A DNA stretch of 56,576 bases, filler included, from Trichosphaerium sp. ATCC 40318 (GCA_038496445.1; 3 parts of 3 records of this genome joined end to end with filler, not necessarily neighbours in it); one strand, 5' to 3'; shown: positions 1-13,600, counted from the first letter of the whole stretch. The notes: a model not told the origin generated them from the sequence alone. Numbers and translations are program-made.

Positions 1-551
1 CAATTTGTTGGTGTAGGCGTTAAAGTAACATGTATTATTGTTCTTGATTCCAAAGTGGCTGCCACCACTTTTAAGCAGTCTTCAAAGCTTGGGCGCTTTG
101 TTATGCGCGGAGGTGGTATGTCTTTTGGATCAGGTAGGATAATTCGCATTAAGCCATCCAACTAAATACAAAAAAATATGACGCTGCAAGGATAACCACT
201 ACAAATACAAAAAATCACGTAATAAACATTTACAATAATTTCCTCCTTGTCATTAATTGTGTAACAGTGTTATGAAGTATTGACTACTCTTTATGTATCA
301 ATACATGAATGAACTTTGACCACAACACATACTTTTGCGCAAGTTTCCCAGTCGCTGGAACGAAAAACATAGTCGGTGATTGCAATAATTTTTTGTTGTA
401 TTTTCGTGGGTTTTCTGCTTGTGAAGTTGTTAAGTACTAATTTGTCCTTAGAAGGGTCTATACAATCACCACTCAACAAGCCCTTACATTCTTTGAGGTC
501 AACTGAGTTATTGTACTGAGTGGGTACCGAACTTTGTTTATTTTATTCATA

Positions 552-1339
552 ATGCTGACCAGTCCCAATACTATGGTGTGCGAGGTATCATAATCCTAAT
601 ATAAGGCGAAGTAGTTAACAACTAATATTAATAGAGATTAACTGCACAATCACGTAATTTCCATCTATTAAACCTACCAGTTGAGATCCAGCTAGATATT
701 ACAGATTTGGACTCATTTGCATATTTTATATGGCCACTTATGTCGAAACAGGCAGCAATGACCACAAGGTTTGATGGTGAGATGAAAAAGCATGGAAAAT
801 GGGTTCGAAGGTTCAATAAGAAACTTGTAGAGCAAAACTACTGGAAACACGGAGTAAGAGACGGAGAACACAAAGAATGGCATTTCAACGGCCAATTGGA
901 GACCCAGTGTAATTACATCAATGGCAAACGAGAAGGAGAATGTAAACAATGGCATTTCACTGGTGAATTATATAGCCAGTTTAATTACATCAATGACAAA
1001 CTGGAAGGTGAATACAAGCAATGGCATGACAATGGCCAACTGAGGAAGCGTTTTAATTACGTAAATGGCAAACGAGAAGGAGAATGCAAACAATGGCATT
1101 TCACTGGTGAATTATATAGCCAGTTTAATTACATCAATGACAAACTGGAAGGTGAATACAAACAATGGCATCACAATGGCCAATTGTGCGTGCAGTTTAA
1201 TTACATTAATGGCAAACAAGAAGGAGAATGCAATGTATGGTATGCCAATGGCCAATTGGAGAGCCAGTGTAATTACATCAACGGTAAACAAGAAGGAGAA
1301 GGCAAACGCTGGCGTGATAATGGCCAATTAATTGTGTAA
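552..1339 (+). CDS. F-box-like + MORN-variant (YwqK/MORN_2-type) repeat protein, 2 exons (552-584, 635-1339)
   Basis: The frame upstream of the listed ORF is open to the AG at 633-634 and reads RLTAQSRNFHLLNLPVEIQLDITD (F-box L..LP.EI motif). ATG 552 plus a GT..AG intron at 585-634 restores the frame. The 24-aa repeats are W(H/Y)xNGQL...NYINGKxEGE. Confidence 0.8.
920..1190 (+). repeat. Near-identical 144-bp tandem duplication (2 MORN units) inside the F-box-MORN gene
   Basis: aatggcaaacgagaaggagaatg...caatggcat occurs at 920 and 1064 with only a few substitutions. Confidence 0.9.
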
Positions 1340-3374
1340 CACGATGTTCATTAGTTAAGGAGTTTGATGGTGGATTACCACGTGTCATTGTTTTTTAAAG
1401 TACCACCTTTTCCAAAAATGTACAAAACTTGTTATAGCTTGGTGCTTGTACCGTGAGTTACAAATAGGTAACGAAACGAATGCCGGTTGAACAAAAATAA
1501 TTCTCAAAATTTTCTTCTTTATATTTTTATGTTTTGTTGAAAGTGTACCGCCTGTTTGAATTCTAGATTTACATTTTATAATAGCTGCGATTTCTTTGCA
1601 AACCCTGTCACAAAAGTCAAGGTGAAATTGTTTAACTGTTAGCCGACACGCTATTTGCATCCACACAGTTGCAAAGTTCTATGAGTAGCCAGCCGTTGTG
1701 CACTAGTCTACTATTACTACATTAGTACTACGCGTATGCAATAAAGGGCCTCCTTAAAGGAGAGGTAATAACAAAGTAAGAATAATCTGAGAATCAATTG
1801 TAGTTCAATGGTATTTTGGTTTTTGTTGCCTACAGGCTACAAGTCTTTTCAAAAGATAAACATAGAAACGCATTTGTGCGATGACAAGAACCATTAAATT
1901 TGGGGTGTAGTGTTTGCTATCTATTAGCTAACATAACACAGGGTTGTAGCGGTGGTATTAGTAAGTTGTAGTCAACCAAGGTTATTTGTGGCGGCTGTAG
2001 ATTAAAATGGTAATGACTAGTAAAGTTGTTAGTAAACTGTTGGCGTTTAAAACCAAGCAAATATATTTTACCACCACCGTCTTTTATTTGAAGTATGGTG
2101 TGTCCTTCGCCATTTTGCTATGAGCACACTAGGTGTATTCGCGCAACAGAAGAATTAAACATTAGGATTTTATTTTTCGTCTTCCTGCTAAAACGATATC
2201 CTTAAGTTGCTATAAACAAAATGCAGTTGGATAGCATTTGTTGAGTGGATTTACTCAATAAGCATTAAGTGATACCCTTACTACTGTTAATGTTATTACA
2301 GGCAATAGTATTGGATACATCTGAGGCACACAGTGGAGATTCACATTACGCAAAATACATTACAACAACAAACACTGTTTTGTCGTAGATTGTCTATGTA
2401 GATCTTATTGCCTACGTTTAGGCTAAACTAAGATGTGTACTATTGCTATAATGCTAAAAACTTCGCATTATTGTATAGCAGATACGTTCTTCTCCTTTAA
2501 AAATGCTGTAAGATTGACAACTCCTTACAATTTGCAAGAACGTACCATTAATTCCAACGTTTCTGATTGCGATTAGGACTTGCTATAAGCACTCTAGAGT
2601 TTACAACGAGAAGTACTTCACGAAATACTACACGAAGGCACACTGAATTGTTATGATAACAATTGCGATAGAATGTTAATGTTGGTTTTTATTTCGCTTG
2701 AACGGATCTAGGTTGTACATGGATAGCCAAACACAATCCAGTTTTTTTCCTTCTTCGACGAAAAAGCGGATACACAATTCTGCTCTAACGTATAATAAAC
2801 TAATTGAACAAGGTATATATTGGAAAGAAACGGCGAACATGTGACGCTATGCTTTTTACCCTTCTCTTAATATTAAAAATAGAATACAGCACAAAAACCG
2901 TATGGTTCGCTGTCATATTCACCCTGGCACTCACTGAAATGCACGTGACCAAGTCGTGGGCTCGAGATCTTTAGAGTTTGTTCGATATGGTACCAAATCG
3001 CAATATAACTATGTAACCTTTATTGTCTACCTGATACATACCTAAAAGGTGCCCAGTTATCCAGGGTTGTGATCTATGACACAACACAAAATAACCTCGC
3101 CTCACATTTTTACACGCTGGGTAAGTAGATTGATAGCCTCTATTTGTACAGCAGGCTCTTGTACTTTAAACTCTCTGGCTTCGGTGAATATTCCAAGCTC
3201 ATTTCGTGAGCGTGTGAGCTCGAGCCAGTTAAGTCATTAAGCAATTCTCCTAAAAAAATCAAGATAATTTATACAACTTACAACCATCATAAACACACTT
3301 CTAAGCAAGGCCCATGTGGAAACTAATATCAATTGGTGAGTGCCATCTACAACGCAATCAATTTTTTTTTCGTG

Positions 3375-5729
3375 ATGTCGCTCACGTGTTTAGTGCTATT
3401 AATGACAATGGCTGTCTATTGTACCGGACAAGATTTCGATAGTATGTACAGTTTTGAAGCCGTTACAACAGGTACTATTGTATTCTCTTTTAATTCTCAA
3501 CTGATTAATACGCAAATTGAATTGAACAACTAAACACCGTTTATATCACTAACTTGACTGTCTCTAGTGGACTTTTCACAACCCCAAAAGCGAGGTGGTA
3601 TTGAACAACATGTTTTAACATTGAACAAAGCGGACGGAACCACTCTCGCATTCAATTGTGTCAAGCATTCTCCATTCAGAGTTGGCGCTCAAGTATGTTC
3701 AATTTACCTTTTCTCGTTTTTTATTGTCAGTATGTGCAGTTGATTTATTATCTCGCTTAGATCGTTGTTGAACGCGGAAATAACAAAACATATCTCCCAG
3801 CACCAACAAACTTCTACAAAGCCATTGGAGAGAACCACTCCGATTTGGTGTTTGTCGTACATGATGACGGTACTATTTCTGGTTTCCTTAAACTCAATGG
3901 TGAACAAGTTGCCATTGAACCTGTGTCCCAGTACGTACTTTTAATCTAATTCTTGGTCTACTATTTAACAATCTCGCTGTAGTAACAAACGATTCTTGGG
4001 CGATCATCACAAGTCAAAACTTGTACAAGCAACACACATGTTACTCAGGTTCGTTCGTTGTACTTGTTAAAGTGACCAACAACTTATTTTCATTGCGATA
4101 GAGAAAACCGTACTGATCCTTGGGAATGTGGTGCCTGTAAAGCTCACCGAGACGCTAAACACAACAAAAGAGTTCGTGCTCGTAGAACCAGAAACAAAAG
4201 GTGACTACCCTAATAACAACTTCACAAATGTAACCTTTGTTTTAGATCTATAGAGCAGTTTGCTTCGGGATCAACATATCCAATACATCCAGCTCCAGTA
4301 CCTTGTCCGCAAGGCAATATCAAAGAAGTCAGATTTGTACGTCTCCAACATTTCCTTTCATTTGCGTACTAATCCTTGTCCAGGTCGCTGTGGCTAATGC
4401 TGGTTTCACTTCAGAGGCAGGTAGTTACAACAACGCGGCAGGCTACATCGGAAATTGTACGTAACCTTGGCTAGGATCTCATGCGCTTAGCATATACTAA
4501 TAACGTGATAGCGTTCAATGTGCTCAACAACTTCTTTCCACAAGATTTTGTACGACACCAATAATTCTATTATATTGCTAATGTATCTCAAGCATATCCA
4601 ATTGTCCATTGATCAACTCATCGTCAGAACAACCCCAAATAGTAAGTTTTAGGTCCGTTATCCTTTTTTGACTAACGACGTTTGTGAAGGTGCTGACTCT
4701 TGGGATGTTTATTCAAATAATTGTCCTCAAGAAATAGTAAATGATGAGTACCAAGCTCAACTGTTGCCTGCATTTGGGCTATGGAAAGCTGCCAATCATC
4801 CATCAGCAGGCGCCGCCATCTTATTTCACGATTGTCTACGGCAAAGATCTACTGGTAGTGTAACACTTGGTAGTGCTTACACTGGAAATCTGTGCAACTC
4901 AAGAGTAAGTTGTTTTAATCAAACCTTGTTGTATCTTTTTCCAAATTCTAAATGACATTTAGTACGGTTCTGCAGAGACACAATTCCAGCACAATCAATT
5001 CACAAGACATCGCCTCATCGGCCATGAAATTGGACATCTGTTTGGATGTAATCACGATTCAGTTGGTATTATGCTTGCTTTTGACCCAAACGAAGAGTAC
5101 GCAAATTATCTGTTGTTAGAATGTCACGTGATATCTGATTTCGTTCAATAGTGATTCCAGATATGAGCGATTCTCACGTGCCAGTCAAGCTCAAGGTTGC
5201 AGCACTCTCAGTGGTAAATCATGTGTTCAAAACATGGAGAATGTGTTCCGATTGAGAACATCCAACAACGTGGATTTCGCACTTGATGGTGATAATGGTT
5301 GTGCCAACCACCAGAATGTCTACTTGTATGACTTTAATGAGAACTCTCCAAACGTGAACCAGCAATGGGTACAGATCGATAAAGGAAACGGATACTATGC
5401 CTTCCAAAAAAGAAATACCGATTGTTGTCTTGATGGTGATTGGGGTGGTTCCAATGGACAAAACGTAAAGCTATGGGAATGTCAAAACACGAACCAAAAC
5501 CAACACTGGAAGAAGATACATCTTGGAGGTAACAAGTACCGCCTAGAGAAGCGAAATGCTGCTGGATATTCGATAGATGCAAGCAATCTTAGAGAGAACT
5601 ATGCGTACGTTTGTTCTCAACGACTCATGGTTGTAATTCTTAACCTATATTTCTAGAAATGTCTATCTATGGAGTTCTGATAACAACAATGTCAATCAGC
5701 AATGGATGTTCATACTCGATAATGATTAA
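3375..5729 (+). CDS. Secreted metzincin (reprolysin/M12B-like) metalloprotease with C-terminal ricin-B lectin domain, multi-exon
   Basis: Signal-peptide-like MSLTCLVLLMTMAVYCTG, cysteine-switch-like WECG (~4121), zinc motif HEIGHLFGCNHD with Met-turn GIM (~5023-5073), and three QxW ricin repeats (NQQW, NQHW, NQQW) ending at TAA 5729. Confidence 0.85.
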
Positions 5730-5927
5730 GTAGCAAACTTTATTGTGTAAATAAACCCTCTTGTTCTCAACCTATATTGTCCGTGTCATTCAAGTTTGCA
5801 ACAGGTTTGGCAGAAGTATCAAGGTGTAAGATCTTGCAAGAACTAACGCTTAAATACATTCTGTGAAGCCAAGTCCGTACTTTTAAGCACTTTTAACAAT
5901 CCCCAAACAACTCTCCACACAGCCAAA

Positions 5928-7199
5928 ATGAATCATAATGACCAAAATCACCTGTTGGATATGCCAGTTGAACTGATTGTTCATATTATGAAGTGCGGCT
6001 CTTATACACTCAAAGCAGCTCAAACGTGTCATTTCATTCATAATATTGTGCACAAACACGTCGGGTACCCCTGCATCAATATTTCACTCGAAGAAGAGTT
6101 TTCACTGCTTTCTGGAAGCCCTTTGCTTGAGAATACGCCAATCTCATTACTTTTAATCCCAGAAATTGTAAATGATGATCATTTGAAGCTACTTAAAGGC
6201 GTAAAGACAATAAAGCTTTCAAAATGCAAGGGCATAACAGACGAGGGCATAAAACAACTAAAAGGTGTACGTTCAATAAATTTACGGAAGACAGCTGTGA
6301 GTAATAAAGGCGTCAAGGCATTGGCTGGTGTACACACTATTAGTTTATCAGAAACTAGAGTGGGTGATGATGGTATCTCAGCTTTGTCTGGTGTTCATAA
6401 TATATCTTTAAGTTACAACGTGATTATAACGGATGCAGGATTGAAAGCGCTTGCTGGAGTACACACCATCAACTTGAGGCATTGTACAAACATAACAGAT
6501 GAAGGTATTAAAGCTTTGAAAGGTGTACATACCATCAACTTGAGGCGTTGTCAACATATAACTGATGAAGGGTTCAAGGCTTTATCTGGTGTTCACGTGC
6601 TTGATGTGGCAAATACAATGATTACCGATGAAGCATTAATCTCGTTAGCAGGTGTACATACTGTTACGTTATGGAATTGTGATCACATAACAGATAAAGG
6701 TATCAAAGCTTTAGCTGGAGTTCACACAATCAATCTATCAAATACTCTTGTTACAGATGATGGTATAAAAGCTTTGGCAGGTGTTCATTTTATTGATTTA
6801 ACAAGCACGAGTGTAACAGATGCTGGCTTAAAGGCATTAGTAGGTGTACACACTATAATGTTATGGGATTGTAAATTTATAACAGATGAAGGTGTGAAAG
6901 CATTAGCTGGAATACATAGTATTGATTTAGCGGAGACAAGCATAACAGACGATGCACTCAAAGGGTTAGTAAGTGCAAAGAATATTGATATCTCGTTCTG
7001 TGCATCTATAACAGATGTTGGTATTGCATCTCTTGTTAGTGTAAAGAAGCTTAGCATTGAAGGATGTGCAAATATAAATGGAGAAGGTACACTTGCGTTG
7101 GGTGCTTTGACAGAATTGCAACATAGTATAACATCTATATCAGTCATCAATACTTTGAAAAGTAAAGGTATCAAATTAAACACGGTAGAACTAGACTAA
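5928..7199 (+). CDS. Intronless F-box-like + leucine-rich repeat (FBXL-type) protein
   Basis: N-terminal LLDMPVELIVHIM, followed by many 21-22-aa repeats ITDxGxKALxGVHTINL. Confidence 0.88.
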   Translation: MNHNDQNHLLDMPVELIVHIMKCGSYTLKAAQTCHFIHNIVHKHVGYPCINISLEEEFSLLSGSPLLENTPISLLLIPEIVNDDHLKLLKGVKTIKLSKCKGITDEGIKQLKGVRSINLRKTAVSNKGVKALAGVHTISLSETRVGDDGISALSGVHNISLSYNVIITDAGLKALAGVHTINLRHCTNITDEGIKALKGVHTINLRRCQHITDEGFKALSGVHVLDVANTMITDEALISLAGVHTVTLWNCDHITDKGIKALAGVHTINLSNTLVTDDGIKALAGVHFIDLTSTSVTDAGLKALVGVHTIMLWDCKFITDEGVKALAGIHSIDLAETSITDDALKGLVSAKNIDISFCASITDVGIASLVSVKKLSIEGCANINGEGTLALGALTELQHSITSISVINTLKSKGIKLNTVELD

Positions 7200-8300
7200 A
7201 CATTCTGATACAATGGAAAGTCTAATTTTTAATTTGCTGTAACATTGGCAAGTTCACATGGGATTGTAAATTTATAACAACAAAGGTGATGTACTATCAT
7301 AAAATGAAGTAGTCCGGCAACTTTTTGTTTGGTTTGAGTTAAACGATCATTAAAGACAGCACATGTTCATAGTGTGATATGTCAAGTCGAAATTTGTCAC
7401 TTCTGCACTATCAGAGCTCATGTAGTTCATATGACTCTTCAACAGACCGTGCTTACGAGCTTGCGTTTCTCTGGATTTGCCATCACACGATTTAGTAGCG
7501 ACTAAAATGACGTCTAACACTTCCCTACGCTTACCAATACCATTTTTCCATGCACACGATAACCAAACTGTTGGATGAATGTATTTGCCAATGAATTTGG
7601 TGTGAAAAGAGTACTACACAATCTCTATTATTTTTAGACAAACATACATGACCTGCATGTTGTAATACCGGTTTAATTAACAAACCTGTTTAAGTTTACT
7701 TACAGTATTGGAACACACGTGTTACTTTTTATCTCATATTTAAGATTTTAAATGCTAGTTTGATGTATTATTACCTTTGGTTTCAATATATTGTTTGTGT
7801 AACTTGCACGTACAATCACAACAATAACACATTGTAACTTTTTTGTTTAGTGACGTTTCAGTTTGTAAACACGTGTTCTTCCTGTTGCACTGTTTTCACT
7901 TCTAAAACTGCAACATGTTTACCGTAAAAGCCAAATATACAGTTTTGTCTTACCATCGATAACGTGTCAAAAACGTGAACACAACTTGGTTTTCGGGTGA
8001 GCCCTCCTGGATCGTTTAAATTATACAAACCAATTATGTACGTGTGAAAAATCCTGTGATGATAATCTGAGTTACAAGGAAGGATACGCCAGTGATTAAG
8101 GATGCTGTACTACAAACGAGATGAATAAAAATAATGCTCTTACATTTTTATTAACGCAGAACAATGGTAACGTTTGCTCGAATACAACATTTCTATTTAG
8201 GTGCATGATTCACTATTACGTTCAAAATTTGGGCCATTATTTGCGTTCTCACAGTCATACCACTGTACTTGCCACTTACCATTTTATAACACCGTGAATA

Positions 8301-10010
8301 CTATTTCATTGTTTCCTTAATGTGCGTTTCTTTTTCCAACTCTGTTGTAATCCTTCTACCATTAACATAGTTTTCAAGGTATTGTAACTGCCCATTCTTA
8401 TACCAAGCCTTGCTCTTGCCTTCTTTTTCATCATTCAAGTAATGATCAAGCGTCCACAAATTACCATTACTGTGCCATCTCCTATCTTCTCCTTCAAGAC
8501 AACCGCCTATGTAGTAACACTGCCTTTCCAGGTATCCATTCTCATGCCAACTTGTGTACACTCCTTCTTGAAAGTCACTAGCATATGTTTCCTTGATATG
8601 CACTTGTCCATCCCAATACCAGTGCATGTGTTCTCCTTCACGTTCTCCATTTTTAAAATTACCCCGATACAATAGTTGACCATGGCAGTACCATGTTTTG
8701 TACTCTCCGTCTAGTTTATCGTTGAAGTATTTGCCTTCTACACGTAACTTACCATTGTCATACCACTCTTTATTCGCTCCTTCTTGTTTATCGTTTACAT
8801 AGTTGCACTGAATCCATAGCCGTCCGTTCTCATGCCACTTCTTGTACTCTCCTTCCCGTTTATTGTCGACATAATTTGCTTGCTCAAACATTTGACCGCT
8901 ATAGTGCCAGCTGGTACGCTCTCCATAAAGCTTGCCTGTCAGCCAATACTCTCGACATAGTAATTGTGATTTATTTGGATCATTTGCTTGGTACTTTTTT
9001 TTCAGCCATTTACCGTTTTTGTTTTTTTTTTTTTTTTTTTGAGGTAAAGCTGGTTTTTATTAATAAAACCTCAGAATGCATTGGTAGGACCAACAGCAAC
9101 TAGCGGTGCTTGTACATTATTACAATATTATACTTTTTTTTTTCTTGTTTTTAGTTTTTGTGTTTGTGCTCTATTCCACATATGAGCTAAGCCATACAGA
9201 TCGGTTTCTTGTACGGACTGGTGTGGATGGCGCCAACCTTGCTTTAGGTACTGGTGTACCATCTGGAAGGATGTGTGAGATCTCGTGACCCACTGCAAAC
9301 GCGCCCTCGTTATATTGGAGGCGCTCCAGAAGAGCTGACGGATTTTTGTAAGCCGGCTCAAAAGGCGTGTAGTCGTGACTGTAATTGGGGTCAAACACCC
9401 AATACTCTATATTGTCGTTAAAAACCGCCCAGGGGGGTGGCTTGATACCGTCGTTGATATTGACAGCCAATAAATAATACTTCTTGAACCTAAACCTGAA
9501 GTCAGAAGTGTACCACCGTACTTGATATCATTACGTGACTTCCAGATGATGGACATAACTATAGATATAGCCAGCAATGCTGAGACGTCACCATCGTAGC
9601 TGAACAAAGTATCCAGACCCCACTCACCATCTATCAAAAACGATGTAAGATCCTCTAACAAAGCAGCGATAGCCAAAGCAGGCTTCCACTCCCAAAATAC
9701 AGCTTCGTGCTTTTCAGGAGGTCTGGCCAATTTCCTATGAGTAACCGGAAGCACACGCATAAGGTACCGCCATAACACATCTCTGGGATGATTACAACCT
9801 TTAACACACCTAAGTGAACCAACTATGTACTTGTAATTGTACAATTTACCGTTTTTGTTACAGTCAGCATCAAATCTCGTTGTTGTTGCTGTGTATCTTG
9901 ATAATAAAGGCCATTTTAGATAGATATCAAAATCTAGGTCTATAATATCAAGGTGCAGCTCAAAAGGAAGGTTTAGTAGACTGTGACGCGCTTGTTCTCT
10001 GGTATTAAAC
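8301..10010 (-). pseudogene. F-box-like + MORN repeat gene (paralogue of 552-1339) disrupted by a retrotransposon
   Basis: Removing the insertion and one TSD gives one open frame: FNTREQARHSLLNLPFELHLDIIDLDFDIYLKWPLLSRYTATTTRFDADCNKNGK|WLKKKYQ...REYWLTGKLYGERTSWHYSGQMFEQ plus MORN repeats. WPLxS..TTRFD..K.GKW is shared with the first paralogue. Confidence 0.85.
9024..9843 (-). mobile_element. 5'-truncated non-LTR retrotransposon (L1/Tx1-like ORF2 C-terminus) with poly(A) tail and 16-bp TSD
   Basis: TSD ATTTACCGTTTTTGTT at 9008-9023 and 9844-9859, poly(T) on + at ~9022-9040, minus-strand AATAAA just upstream of the tail, and ORF motifs RDVLWRYLMRVLPV and IIWKSRN typical of the zf-RVT region. 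Confidence 0.85.
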
Positions 10011-10640
10011 TAAATTGTTAGTTTATGACATAGAATTTTTTGCTGTTTGGCGCTCTTACTTGGCGTTTCGCTTTCATTAGGTTCAATTCGGCTTTAATAT
10101 CTTCAATCGCAATCTTGTGTTATGTGTACTTGTTTAAAACTGTTTGCTAAGACAGTTGTTGAAGAAACACGCGATTTGGTCAAACTTTTTCTGTCCTTAT
10201 TTTCGGCTGGCTTGCTGTTAGTCTGAGGAGGTTATAATTAGAAAACTATTCAGCAAGGCAAAATCATTGCAAGAAACACTTAATGATTGATTTTGAAGGC
10301 AGAAATAAATAGCACTCACTTAAGTATTTAAGGCACTCGTTGAACCATAAATAGTGTTTACAACTCTGTTCGCACCTCTTCCTTCTATATCCCTTGGGTA
10401 ATAAAGACCGTTACTGACGTTATTTGTACGTCGATTCGGAGCATCGCCTTGTGAGTCTTATCTACATGATTGATTTACACTTCTAGTCTTTCAAAAAAGG
10501 GAATACGCAACTAATGCTAAAAGGTGCGTAGTGGAATACGTAAAATTTTACCACCAGGGATTTCTAAGCCATTTCTCAAGAGCAGTTACCCTTACGATAT
10601 CTAACATGCTTTAGGATTTCAATCAGAGACCATAAAAAGA

Positions 10641-13600
10641 TTGACAAATGATCAAGTTATTTTATGGACACGTGCACATTCTGCCGTCCTTAGTGTCAAC
10701 CAAGACGTGGAAGAACTACGTAAAAAACTTGATAAAATGTTAGTGTGTCATGTTGTCAAGTCAGAGCTCCACTACGAAACATACGTCGAGCTGCTAACTA
10801 CTTTTCAACAAAACATGAAGGCGTTGACACCAACAGAAAGAAAACTAAGTGTATCAAAATTATACAAGACTCCCATCATGGGTCTTTACTATGGTTGTGG
10901 TACGTCATACTGAAATGAGCACAGAACAGTACTATATGTTTTTGCTTAAAAAAGTAGGCAAGTCAACGTTTATATATCGTATGCACAGCACAATGCTCTC
11001 CGCAAAGTTTCAAGACTACGTTGAGACCCATTGCACTGATGAAATGTTAAACTATGTGAAGAAAATCGTTCAAGCAGACTATGTTTATTTTGACGCAACT
11101 GAAACTAAACCTGGGTTCTTGAATACATTTGATAAAGAACAGGTCAATAACTGTCTTGTGGAAGATTTTGTAGACAGGATCAAAACGTCACGTGGGATAC
11201 GTAGGTTCTATTTTCTTTCTTTAACTTCTAATGCCTTAAAGAAATTGAAACAAAAGAAACAGGATGTGAAAAAACAATGTCGTTGGAGGACGTGATAAAA
11301 GGCTATGATGAACAACTGTCAAAACAGGGTCTTTATCATCCATTGGTTATTTTTGTTACTCGTATAAGCCCAAATAATAGATTTTACGAAGAAAATGTAC
11401 TTCCAAATAGTTTAACATTCATCTCACTAGAAGTAGGACAAAGTTTATCAGGAGTGGCTACTGTGGTTTTGGAAAACCTTGTACAATTGTGTGAGAATGA
11501 TAACAAAGAGGGAGGTTCATTTCTTGATTGCTGGCCATAATCCGATATTCGCGGATATTGGTCATAGTGATGGGACAAAGTCAGGCGGTTTAGAACAGCT
11601 ACCAGTGACGAATATTGCTCCGTTACTACTAAAGGTACATCCACTTCTGCAGTTAGGTTCCTAATATATTTGTAAGTCATTTACAAAGGAGCTTATGATA
11701 GATATTATCAACACAGCTGAAGATAGATACAAGCAATATCTTCAGTTTGAAAGTGAAGATGTCAAAGAGATGTTTGCAAAGAGTTTGGTGGACCACTATG
11801 CAGGACACCCTAAGTATATACAAGTTATATTCGAGTAAGTTGTCAGTGTTTTATGTTGTTAACAATATGTTAAGCAAACTGTTGAAAAAAGCAAGGCAGC
11901 ATTACGACAAACAGTACGTTGTTATTTACAACAATATGTGATATTTGTCTAACTCTTCAATGAAGTAACAATGATCTAATGGTTAAAAGAGCATGCTTAG
12001 AAAGGTAAGAATAGTTTTATGTTGGTCTTATTGAATGATTAGAATGTTGGAACTGGAGCAAACCTTTGCTGTGCAAAATGCAATGAGGATCAGTGAAATA
12101 TGCAAAATACTTGACCACAGAATGTTTGAGTCTGAAGGATTTGATAACGTATATCTAACCTTTGTCAAAATAGCAATAGTAGCATATCATAATCTTCCAA
12201 TTGCTAAGGGAGACAATTTTGTATCAGCATTGAAACAGCGATTTACTATTAATGCTGATTTGGGTGAGCAATCACAAGTTACTCTTCAGAAATTGCTTTC
12301 TGTAGTACCTATGATGATAGAAGAGAAGAAAGTGGATAACATTACCTACTATTACCCAAAGCTACCAACGCCTATTCTAGTTTATATTCGCAACAATTGT
12401 ATTGACGACGAGTTGAAAGAAGCAATGAACTTTGACAAACATTTTTACAAAGGTACTTAATTCCTAATATTCGCTTTGTAGTAATTTGGATTTAAGGGCA
12501 ATTGCTTGAATACGTGGTGAAAAACAAACTACTGAGTAACTCACAACAACCCCTATATACAGTTGTACCTTCACTACGTAGTGTAGCCAACTTTGGTGTA
12601 AGTCAAAGCGTTATCATAACATACTGTTCTAATTGTATAAAATAGGGAGTTATCTTGCCTGAGGGGTGCCGTCCTTTTCCTAAAGTAACAAACAATGGAA
12701 TAGAAGTACCATATTCTATAACAGCCCCAGAATCAATTGAAGTGAATACAATAAAACCTATATGTTTCCAACAAATTTGGAACTCACACAAAGTGGATTG
12801 TTTTTTGAACCCTCGCACTAAGTCTGGTATTAGCGCAAAGTTTTATTGATGATAACTAATACTAAGATGTTACATAGAGTCAATGGATTTCTACCTGAAA
12901 GGAAGAGTAATGCACCAGGATGAATTCAAACAATGCAATATTGGCTTCAAAATGCATGTACGAGTGTATTGTTGTTATACTCCTAAGCAGTATCAAGGCA
13001 GAAAAAAGTGGACTTAGTTTTTCACAACTTGGAGCTGCTATTGAAAAGTTTCATGTGGGATTGGACCCATTGCTAATTAGTGTATGTGCAATAGTGTCAA
13101 TATCTTTGAGCGATCATTTAAAAAAATGCTTCGGTAATAAGACAATAATTCTCCAATGTAAGTTTGTTTATCTTCAATTGTCCTTGGTACTTAGTTTCTT
13201 GTTATAGCTGGTGTTTATTACAAACTGAAAAAAGGGGCTCTGTATAACTCAGTGAGAAACATCGTAGTTGTAAACGGTGAAAAGGTACTTGTGTTCTTGT
13301 TTTTTTCTTGCGATTGTGATTCAACTCTTTAAATAGATCCAACTAGAGGATGTAACAGAAACTACACATGAAAATGTTGAATGTTTTACAATTGGCGACA
13401 AACTAGTGTATGCGCATAATCCAATGAACGTACAAACGCTCCTGAAATTGGCTACACAAAAAACCCCTAAAGAGTATCCTTGCTTGGAAAAGATTACAAT
13501 TCAAGATACAACAAGCACGGATGGCACAAAAACTGTGTACAGCCACGAAAGGGAACATTTGGAAGTAAAAAAAGACTTGCAACTATGCATTTTTTGTTCT

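Noticed and set aside
15-60. USP Cys-box-like GIKNNNTCYFNA on the minus strand
   Set aside because: An in-frame stop lies just upstream, another frame is open, and the window edge prevents confirmation.
6785-7183. Antisense ORFs over repeat or coiled-coil genes (also 713-955, 24545-24817, 32113-32385, 39148-39414)
   Set aside because: These are shadow ORFs of real genes on the opposite strand.
9270-9290. HEISH (HExxH) in the retroelement's 3' ORF as a metalloprotease
   Set aside because: No third zinc ligand or supporting context in a 99-aa ORF; likely chance.
552-10010. Endogenous giant virus segment
   Set aside because: No NCLDV hallmark genes were seen, and the repeat genes are interleaved with an intron-rich host gene.
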